DNA from: a virus
Virus record (IMG/VR): IMGVR_UViG_3300039008_000097
Span: 1-35,199 of that record
DNA: 35,199 nucleotides
Reading direction: 5' to 3' (one strand)
Shown here: positions 14,330 through 20,819 of the stretch, one piece after another
Layout: each line of letters starts with the position of its first letter
Numbering within the stretch: position 1 is the stretch's first letter
The notes under the pieces: model-generated
Database searches by the model: none
Told to the model about the DNA's origin: nothing
What the model saw: the letters and a program-made list of their open reading frames with translations, nothing else
Translations under genes and position numbers: made by a program

Positions 14330-15292
14330 ATGGGTCACAAAGATGAAAGTAAGTCTATTGGCGGAAAAGCCAGGGCGGCTGCACTATCACCAAAGAAACG
14401 AAAAGAGATTGCAGCCAAGGCAGCAATAGCGCGATGGGGTGCGAAATCAACGCATAAAGGAAATTTCAAAGAAGAATTTGGTATAGATGTTGACTGCTAT
14501 GTTTTGCAGGATGAATCCAAAACAGCCGTTATTAGCCAAACTGGGATGGCTAGAGCGCTTGGATTGAGTGCAAGGGGAAACGCATTTCCCCGGTTTGCAA
14601 ATAGCAATGTAATGCAAAAATACATCGGCGCCGAACTTCGCGAAAAAATCAACAATCCACTTAAATTTCAATGGGTTAGCCCCGGCGCCGAACAGCCCCC
14701 TCTTTCGGTGCATGGATATGAGGTGACGCTTCTTATTGATGTATGTAAAGCAATCCTAGCTGCGGCAGATGCCGGTGATCTACTTGCCCGGCAAAAACCC
14801 ATGGCGAAACAAGCTCATATCATCACCAACGCGTCAGCAAAACACGGAATCACTCAATTAGTTTACGATTTAGCTGGTTTCGACACTATTGCAGAGGAAA
14901 GGATTGCAGCGTTTAAGCTTTTCGTAATAAAAGAAGCCAGAGAATATGAAAAGGAGTTTCCCGACGAACTTTATAAACAATGGTATAGGTTATATGAATT
15001 GCAGCAGCCTCAGCGCGGTAGACCTTGGGCATTCAAAACCTTAACACTTGACCACGTCTACTGGCCATTAGCAAAAAGTAATGGGAAGATTTTGGAACTT
15101 ACAAGGCTACAAAAAAGCTCCAGCGAAAAACGCCATCAAAAGCTCCATCAATTTTTATCCGACATCGGAGTAAAGGCGTTGAGGCAGCACCTTGGGCAAT
15201 TGTTAGGTATTGCCCAAGTCTCTAGTAATCGAGATGAATACGAAAGAAATATCAATAAAGTTTTTGGTGAGCAGCACGAGTTAGACCTTTAA
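14330..15292 (+). CDS. P63C-domain protein with N-terminal GGKARAxxLxPxxRKEIAxKAAxARW motif (IS passenger)
   Basis: EFPDELYKQWYRLYEL...RP.....T.DHVY.PL....ILEL......S..KRHQKLHQFLSD.G...L.QHLG.L matches my memory of the P63C domain (PF10546). AGAGGG RBS. Confidence 0.7.
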   Translation: MGHKDESKSIGGKARAAALSPKKRKEIAAKAAIARWGAKSTHKGNFKEEFGIDVDCYVLQDESKTAVISQTGMARALGLSARGNAFPRFANSNVMQKYIGAELREKINNPLKFQWVSPGAEQPPLSVHGYEVTLLIDVCKAILAAADAGDLLARQKPMAKQAHIITNASAKHGITQLVYDLAGFDTIAEERIAAFKLFVIKEAREYEKEFPDELYKQWYRLYELQQPQRGRPWAFKTLTLDHVYWPLAKSNGKILELTRLQKSSSEKRHQKLHQFLSDIGVKALRQHLGQLLGIAQVSSNRDEYERNINKVFGEQHELDL

Positions 15293-15531
15293 TTCTTTTT
15301 CCACCTTGCTTTGGCGGCTTTGCGGGCAATCTCCTTCCGTTCTTCTGGCGTGAGACTCGCCGCTCGCGCCTTTCCTCCTTTTAACCCTCCTTTCCTTCCC
15401 AAAGCAACAGCATTTGGGTCTTTTCGATCTTTCTCTTTGTTTTGCTCGACTTCAGCTTCGTCGCCAATTGATAAATCAACAACATGCTTGGCGAGCTGGT
15501 TAGCGTCTGTAGGTCTTTTGGGGGTTTTCAT
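15289..15531 (-). CDS. 80-aa basic protein with C-terminal GGKARAASLTPEERKEIARKAAKARW motif (IS passenger)
   Basis: ORF track. Convergent with the P63C gene, with a 4-nt overlap of the 3' ends. 20 of 26 motif residues are identical to residues 11-36 of the P63C protein. Confidence 0.7.
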   Translation of the reverse strand: MKTPKRPTDANQLAKHVVDLSIGDEAEVEQNKEKDRKDPNAVALGRKGGLKGGKARAASLTPEERKEIARKAAKARWKKN

Positions 15532-15613
15532 TCCATCATGTTACTTAAGTGGTCAAGCATTTGGCAATATTATTTGTTATTCTATACGTGCATAGAAAAC
15601 GTGAGGAACCCTC

Positions 15614-16111
15614 GTGGTCGGGTTTCTCTTTGAATACAAGACCAGATTAACGGCAAAGGCTGATCACTTTTGCTTAGGAAATAGAAGAGACGCTTTCCTC
15701 ACGTCAGCGTATGCACTGCCCGGCACCATTTTAATATGGTGCCACATTTGTATGAATGATAGAGGACGAATAATGGAAAAAGAAGAACTGATTTTAAACC
15801 AAAGCCCCATGCTGTGGGGGCTTAGCGCTGATACTATATTTTATGGATGTCTGGTTTTGATTGGAGTTTTGTTGATTTTGTTTATTCTGGCGTGTATTGG
15901 AAACTATGTCCTTGCCACAGAAAATATACGGCGAAAGCTGTTAACTACGCAAGTGTTTTTAGAGGCAACAGAGATTCAATTGAGAGACAAAAAAGAAATC
16001 ATAAGCTCCCTCAGTGAAAAGATTAGGCAGATAGAAGAAAAACATGATCAGCAAGAAGAGTATTATGACAAGGAAATAGAGAAGCTAACTAATAATGCAT
16101 ACAATTTCTAA
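15614..16111 (+). CDS. Membrane protein with C-terminal coiled coil (IS passenger); alternative start ATG 15773 giving 112 aa
   Basis: Hydrophobic segment IFYGCLVLIGVLLILFILACIGNYVLA is followed by a heptad-like charged region (EIQLRDKKEIISSLSEKIRQIEEKHDQQEEYYDKEIEKL). GTG 15614 has a GAGGAA RBS and ATG 15773 has a GAGGA RBS. The part from 15773 on is visibly AT-rich. Confidence 0.65.
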   Translation: MVGFLFEYKTRLTAKADHFCLGNRRDAFLTSAYALPGTILIWCHICMNDRGRIMEKEELILNQSPMLWGLSADTIFYGCLVLIGVLLILFILACIGNYVLATENIRRKLLTTQVFLEATEIQLRDKKEIISSLSEKIRQIEEKHDQQEEYYDKEIEKLTNNAYNF

Positions 16112-16157
16112 ATAATCTCCCAAGGATGGGGTTTTAATTAGGGTGCGCAATCTTTTT

Positions 16158-16179
16158 AATTTCAAACTGACCCACTACC
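16158..16179. repeat. Terminal inverted repeat (cargo side): AATTTCAAACTGACCCACTACC
   Basis: Exact reverse complement of 13329-13350. Confidence 0.9.
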
Positions 16180-16187
16180 TGTGGGGA
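16180..16187. repeat. Target-site duplication, right copy (TGTGGGGA)
   Basis: See the left copy; 7 of 8 bases are identical. Confidence 0.6.
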
Positions 16188-16392
16188 TCGAGGGGCGTTC
16201 CCCTCACCTCGAACTACTGAATACTGCCCAGGTCTATCCAAGTTGGAATATATCGCTACACAGGCAATGTGCTCGCTATTATCTGCAGATATTGATGGGA
16301 AATATGACAACCACCGAGGAACCAGCCTTTACAAGAAGGCTAGAAATCACGCATTAAATTTATTGGAAGAATTAGATGAAGCTAGAAACTGA
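16186..16392 (+). pseudogene. 3' fragment of the IS-disrupted Zn-ribbon gene
   Basis: The frame DRGAFPSPRTTEYCPGLSKLEYIATQAMCSLLSADIDGKYDNHRGTSLYKKARNHALNLLEELDEARN is open and in phase with 13198..13326 once the IS and one TSD copy are removed. It has no start or RBS of its own. Confidence 0.65.
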
Positions 16393-16477
16393 GCATTACG
16401 AAATACTATCACTGATAATGTGCGCTTTGATTATTGTTGCGACCATTGTGCCCATAGTTTTATGGTGGAGGTTTTAA
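16376..16477 (+). CDS. Possible 33-aa membrane peptide at the end of the right arm (not in ORF track)
   Basis: ATG 16376 with a GGAAGA RBS. Translation MKLETEHYEILSLIMCALIIVATIVPIVLWWRF. Its stop overlaps the stop of the convergent 16474..16695 gene. Confidence 0.3.
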   Translation: MKLETEHYEILSLIMCALIIVATIVPIVLWWRF

Positions 16478-16695
16478 CGCTTACTTTTACGACGACTCAG
16501 TATGGTTTGAACATTAACTACAATGATAGATATTGAAACAACCATACCTAAAACAATAATAAGCGCTTGCGCCTCTGGAGATTCTGTTATCCATCTAACC
16601 CATGCGGGAATCGTTGCGGTTGTCGCGCCGAACGTCATTGCGCCCTTCCCGCTTGCAATTTCCTGGACTTGATTCATTGCTTGAGCCTTGTCCAC
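16474..16695 (-). CDS. Small membrane protein, 73 aa, last gene of the lysis region (holin/antiholin or spanin-like; function uncertain)
   Basis: ORF track. C-terminal TM segment ALIIVLGMVVSISIIVVNV followed by a basic tail. Confidence 0.6.
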   Translation of the reverse strand: MDKAQAMNQVQEIASGKGAMTFGATTATIPAWVRWITESPEAQALIIVLGMVVSISIIVVNVQTILSRRKSKR

Positions 16696-16697
16696 GC

Positions 16698-17147
16698 CTA
16701 AAAATTCCCGTAATGAGACTTAAAGCTGAAGTTAAAAAAGTTAGGAGTACCAATATTTTTGCGGTCACTATCAATACCTCCATTTTTTTTCCTTATTGTG
16801 AGTATCGCCACTATTGTCAAAGCATAGAGAACATTAAAAGCAATATCATATGCCAATGGCGGGAAATAAAGCTCATATATCACCCAACCCGCTATATTTA
16901 ATAGCAATGACATAAAAGTCACAACGCAAAGGATTTTAACCAGCTTGTTAATAGAAACAAGGCGAGAAAGCCCCCATAAAACCCCCAAATCAAATAATCC
17001 GGCAATATGATAATGCCAACTATCTATATAAGGCGCAAAGAAATGGAAAATTATTCCAAGGATAACAAAAATAGCCAGAGGCCAAAAATCCAAATTTTTA
17101 GATTTAACGGCTATCCACGATATAATTGCCAGCAATAGCAAAGTCAT
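16698..17147 (-). CDS. AT-rich polytopic membrane protein, 149 aa (moron-like)
   Basis: ORF track. About four hydrophobic segments. Base composition is clearly more AT-rich than the flanking phage genes by eye. Confidence 0.65.
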   Translation of the reverse strand: MTLLLLAIISWIAVKSKNLDFWPLAIFVILGIIFHFFAPYIDSWHYHIAGLFDLGVLWGLSRLVSINKLVKILCVVTFMSLLLNIAGWVIYELYFPPLAYDIAFNVLYALTIVAILTIRKKNGGIDSDRKNIGTPNFFNFSFKSHYGNF

Positions 17148-17207
17148 TTACTTGCCTTTTGGTTTGGTTTTTGGTTTCCGCTTCTTTTTACCGTTTCCAC
17201 CTGCCAC
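17148..17207 (-). CDS. Possible 19-aa Lys-rich micro-ORF (MAGGNGKKKRKPKTKPKGK)
   Basis: GTG 17207 lies 6 nt after GAAGGAGA. Its TAA abuts the ATG of 16698..17147 (TAAATG). Confidence 0.3.
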   Translation of the reverse strand: MAGGNGKKKRKPKTKPKGK

Positions 17208-17218
17208 AATAATCTCCT

Positions 17219-17683
17219 TCAATTTCTGGTATTTGTTGACATAATATTAACAGACGATGGTCGGCTTGCGAACCACCAAGAGACAGCGGTCGCAGTTAAG
17301 CTGATAATGTTGAGGGTGATTCCACGGTAGAGTTCCGCAGCTTCAGCAGGTGGCAGGCTCGATATGCCGCCAGTGATTTTTTCCAACTCAATCAAGATTC
17401 GGTAAGTCATGTACAGCAAAGCACCTGTTATGATTGGACGCACTGCAGATTTAATGGCATCTCCGAACTTGCTTTTAGTAACCTGCGAAACTTCAAATGC
17501 ACGAGCTTCGATGGCGGTAGTGTCGGCACTGGACTGGGCCTGAATACGGTTAAGCTCAAACTCTTGGTCAGCCCGTCTCAGCTTGCGATCCTCGCGCCGA
17601 TTCAACCAACCAAACAAACCACCAGTAATGGCACCAACGCCAGAACTTGACATGATAGTCATCAACCCATCAAGCCATTCCAT
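17219..17683 (-). CDS. Three-TM holin-like membrane protein, 154 aa
   Basis: Three hydrophobic segments with a charged coiled region between the first two. Lies downstream of the endolysin gene. Confidence 0.6.
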   Translation of the reverse strand: MEWLDGLMTIMSSSGVGAITGGLFGWLNRREDRKLRRADQEFELNRIQAQSSADTTAIEARAFEVSQVTKSKFGDAIKSAVRPIITGALLYMTYRILIELEKITGGISSLPPAEAAELYRGITLNIISLTATAVSWWFASRPSSVNIMSTNTRN

Positions 17684-17904
17684 TACTCGTCACCCCCGTG
17701 TCTACGGTGAGAATGATCGCCAAACGCTTCGCCGGCAATAAATGCTGCCACAAGGCCAACCAGTGAAGGAACCACAACCATGGCCAAAGCCTGCTCAATT
17801 GGGCCTATATCTCCCGGCAGGATCAGCCACAGGATGACGGCACTTATCAGTGCCATCGTCCAATAGGCGATACGGCGGCGTGTTTTACGTAGTGGTTTGG
17901 TCAT
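17683..17904 (-). CDS. Two-TM small membrane protein, 73 aa (holin/antiholin-like)
   Basis: ORF track. TM segments AYWTMALISAVILWLIL and MVVVPSLVGLVAAFIAG. Adjacent to the endolysin gene. Confidence 0.6.
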   Translation of the reverse strand: MTKPLRKTRRRIAYWTMALISAVILWLILPGDIGPIEQALAMVVVPSLVGLVAAFIAGEAFGDHSHRRHGGDE

Positions 17905-17905
17905 A

Positions 17906-18289
17906 CTAATAAACCCACATTGTTAGATGACCCTCTGGAAGTTCAGGCCGGTAACCAAGGTGGACAAAAGTCTTTGCTACACCAATAGCATTGCAACCAG
18001 CCTCAATCGCCGCCTGAACGACGTTGCCACGGGTTGAGCCTGACACACCAACATCACATCCTTGTTGCTTCTGGTGGTCAGCAGGGGTCGTCCTGTGCAG
18101 CTCATCAGAGTGGTTCGGACAACGACCTCCGGAAGTTACTGGCAATGGGTGGCCAACGATATTTCTCACCTTTTGCACCCGATTCAAATGCTCCTGGGAA
18201 ACACTGCGTTGATCGCAATCAGGATGACCACAGGTACACAGCAGTTTCGGATCGGTGTCGGGATGAAAATTCTGAGTATGTATAATCAT
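17906..18289 (-). CDS. Peptidase M15-like endolysin (VanY / L-Ala-D-Glu peptidase type)
   Basis: PLPVTSGGRCPNHSDE...ADH...CDVGV....FVHLGYRP resembles the SGYRC..HN...H..G.A.D...HvD pattern of M15 peptidases. Located in the lysis position. Confidence 0.65.
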   Translation of the reverse strand: MIIHTQNFHPDTDPKLLCTCGHPDCDQRSVSQEHLNRVQKVRNIVGHPLPVTSGGRCPNHSDELHRTTPADHQKQQGCDVGVSGSTRGNVVQAAIEAGCNAIGVAKTFVHLGYRPELPEGHLTMWVY

Positions 18290-20715
18290 GTACTCTCAAT
18301 ACCAAGGTAGCTCAACCGACATCTATCTGCTGATCTTCCAGCATTTGAGTTCTTTGCCCTAAACTGAAGTTGGACGATCTTTTGGTTATCCCTGTGAAGA
18401 GTGGCAATTTGACCAACCGTTAAATCTAAGGTTTGATCGGAGGTTGATAGCAGTGAAATACTATTAGTTCCGCCATCAACAAATACAGCCTCCAGCTCTG
18501 CGGTTAAGGTTCCTACCGGGGAACCGTTGAAATCAAACTCAATTGACATGGCATAAAAATAATCGAAGGATTGCCTTCTTGGATCAAATACTAGGTCTGA
18601 CCCGAAAGTATCAGCAGCAGAGTCTGGGTTCGCATCTTGCACAATTTTTCTATTTATGGGGCATCTGGTAGCACCAGCATTCGTGGAAAACCCTTTATAA
18701 GCATCAACAAACCCTGATGTTATAGTGGATTTCTCTTTAAGCTGACCACCAAATCCAGCAGAAATCTCTAAACCAACAGGAGCAGTTGCACCAGCTATCA
18801 GCTCAGGAGGACTTATCTTGGTTCCAAATGCACTGCTTTCTCCAGCTCCTGCTCCAAATTTAACTGCAGAAGCAGCAGGCTCACCTGGCAATCCACTAAA
18901 AACACCACCGATTACCACGCAGTCGTCAAAATCAACAGTGCCCACACCGTTAAATAAAAGAGGGTTTCGACATCCGGATCCATAACCGTAGGTTGCACCA
19001 CTAACAGTAACCTGGGCCTCTAAATCTAGAGTCAGCTGAGTTGCACTATCCCTACTTACAACATATGCCTCAAGCGGTGATCCACTTGGGTTTGCCCCCT
19101 CAACAATAAAGTGCTTCCCAACTATAGATGTTGGAAAGTTTGCTGATGCAGAGGAAAACACAGGTGATCCAGCCGAAATCTGCCCATCTGATCCAACAGT
19201 AAAGCCATCATCATTCGTGCTAATTACCTGAACATCGACATCAATATTATCCGATCCCGTAGAACCAAGATAACCATAAAGAGATGGGTATCCGGTATTA
19301 ATTGCACCGGCACCCGATGTTCCGGGATTTAATATATCGCCTCTAACCGACCCATTTCTCCCCATGGTAACAACGGCGCCCTGCAATGCATCTCGGCTAA
19401 TTAGGTGATGGTCAAAGCCCTCTATTCTAGAACCGCCATTAAATTCTTGGTGAACCTCCCTCGAATTCCTAAAACCATAAGTTTCAGTTTTTATGTTTCT
19501 AAAAACTTCGTTTACCGCACTTCCTGCAAATGACACGCCAATACCATTTCCAGCCCCAAGCTTTAAATCATTTATATATCTAGTTCTCGCAATAGCCCTG
19601 TAATTTTCCCTTACAGGCATAGGGGATGTTGAGCCGTCAACCTCTGGAAAGCTAAACTCTATGCCACTTCCTGCGCAATTCTCCGCATCAACATCAATGT
19701 CTACATTTCCGCAATTTCTAAAAAGATAGCCAGACTCTCCAGTGTCTTTAACTGAACCCCTTACCTTTATATCTGTACATCTTAGAAAGAAAACAGCAGA
19801 ATTTGCTGGGCCTGATATGCCAGTCCTTCCGGCAACAGTATTGTATTCGTTCACCACGAGCCCGGCAGCCCCGATCTCTCTAGAGCCTTCCCCTTTTAAA
19901 TCAAAATGACCACTTATAGTAATTCCAATTTTACCATCAGCACTAAACATACCCCTGTTGGCGATGGGGATTGGATTTTCAACTACCCGAACCGCCTCAT
20001 TGACAATATTAATATCAATATTGTTACGTGAAATAGTAACTGACTTCCAAGTCGGAACAGCCTCAACTATATTTGCCTCACTGACGCGCACATGATTGAT
20101 CAATGAGCTATAGCTATCTGTAGAATCAGAACCGGAAATAGCCCCGAATTGCGCTGAATTTGCCGCCCCATCTATTTGAATTAAGGCAACGCTATTGTTC
20201 GACAGCAAATGATCCCCGCGCCCATCAACCGCTTGGTTTGCAAAAATAATATATTTGGCACCTCCTCCATCTCCAGACGAATAGTACCCTTTTGTTGTCG
20301 CAACATTGCCAACATCAAGCGTGGTATCGGCCACCATATCTGCAACGGAATCGTAAACGGCACCACTACGATCTGTTACATCCTCAATAGTGATAACCGC
20401 ACTAGCCGCCCTTCTAGGGTTGTAATAAATCTGGTTCCCGTTCCGGTCGAGAACCTTAATGGAATAATCGCCATCCGTTGATAACTGAACCGGCGATCCA
20501 TTTAGATCGGGCACACCACCAGACCCAGTTCGGATAGGCTGCGCAATAACTACAGAAGAACCATTCTCCTGCAAAGCATTTACCTGCTTCTGGTTTGAGG
20601 GTAGCTCAGGGTCTGTATCTGGATCACCAACGTAAATAGACCCATTGAATATGGGTTGCCCTTTATTGGTGAAGGGGTAGTATCTGTTTTCCAGTTCAAC
20701 TAATAGTTCTGCCAT
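18286..20715 (-). CDS. Tailspike: P22-type head-binding N-terminal domain plus beta-helix body
   Basis: NGSIYVGDPDTDPELPSNQKQVNALQENGSSVVIAQPIRTGSGGVPDLNGSPVQL..YSIKVLDRNGNQIYY parallels P22 gp9 [68 protein letters not shown]. The remainder is Gly/Asn/Ser-rich and typical of a beta-helix. Confidence 0.85.
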   Translation of the reverse strand: MAELLVELENRYYPFTNKGQPIFNGSIYVGDPDTDPELPSNQKQVNALQENGSSVVIAQPIRTGSGGVPDLNGSPVQLSTDGDYSIKVLDRNGNQIYYNPRRAASAVITIEDVTDRSGAVYDSVADMVADTTLDVGNVATTKGYYSSGDGGGAKYIIFANQAVDGRGDHLLSNNSVALIQIDGAANSAQFGAISGSDSTDSYSSLINHVRVSEANIVEAVPTWKSVTISRNNIDINIVNEAVRVVENPIPIANRGMFSADGKIGITISGHFDLKGEGSREIGAAGLVVNEYNTVAGRTGISGPANSAVFFLRCTDIKVRGSVKDTGESGYLFRNCGNVDIDVDAENCAGSGIEFSFPEVDGSTSPMPVRENYRAIARTRYINDLKLGAGNGIGVSFAGSAVNEVFRNIKTETYGFRNSREVHQEFNGGSRIEGFDHHLISRDALQGAVVTMGRNGSVRGDILNPGTSGAGAINTGYPSLYGYLGSTGSDNIDVDVQVISTNDDGFTVGSDGQISAGSPVFSSASANFPTSIVGKHFIVEGANPSGSPLEAYVVSRDSATQLTLDLEAQVTVSGATYGYGSGCRNPLLFNGVGTVDFDDCVVIGGVFSGLPGEPAASAVKFGAGAGESSAFGTKISPPELIAGATAPVGLEISAGFGGQLKEKSTITSGFVDAYKGFSTNAGATRCPINRKIVQDANPDSAADTFGSDLVFDPRRQSFDYFYAMSIEFDFNGSPVGTLTAELEAVFVDGGTNSISLLSTSDQTLDLTVGQIATLHRDNQKIVQLQFRAKNSNAGRSADRCRLSYLGIEST

Positions 20716-20819
20716 GATTTCACCTATGATTTGGTTTGTGGTGTATCATTAGGGTATGAATACGTTAATCTTCTTAATTACATTGTTTATCTCACCAACA
20801 TTATCCTTTGCTTGGCTTG

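Larger units (their letters stand above)
13329..16179. mobile_element. IS1-family-like insertion element with three passenger genes (2,851 bp)
   Basis: Perfect 22-bp terminal inverted repeats. The ends start GGTAGTG, which fits the GGnnnTG tips I recall for the IS1 family. A near-perfect 8-bp TSD flanks it. It encodes a single-ORF IS1-like DDE transposase. Removing the element restores an uninterrupted host ORF. Confidence 0.8.

Noticed and set aside
14253-14330. A possible internal copy of the IS terminal repeat that would make the transposase part a separate 1-kb IS and the cargo merely adjacent DNA
   Set aside because: No sequence resembling GGTAGTGGGTCAGTTTGAAATT or its complement is visible between the transposase start and the P63C gene. 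The only matching partner is at 16158-16179.
14447-14713. Minus-strand ORF 14447..14713 inside the P63C gene
   Set aside because: It is antisense to a gene with recognisable domain motifs, has no RBS and gives an implausible, hydrophobic/basic translation.
20716-20819. The 104-bp gap upstream of the tailspike gene as a promoter or terminator
   Set aside because: I found no convincing hairpin plus T-run and only weak hexamers, apart from an AGGTGA RBS. That is insufficient to call a feature.
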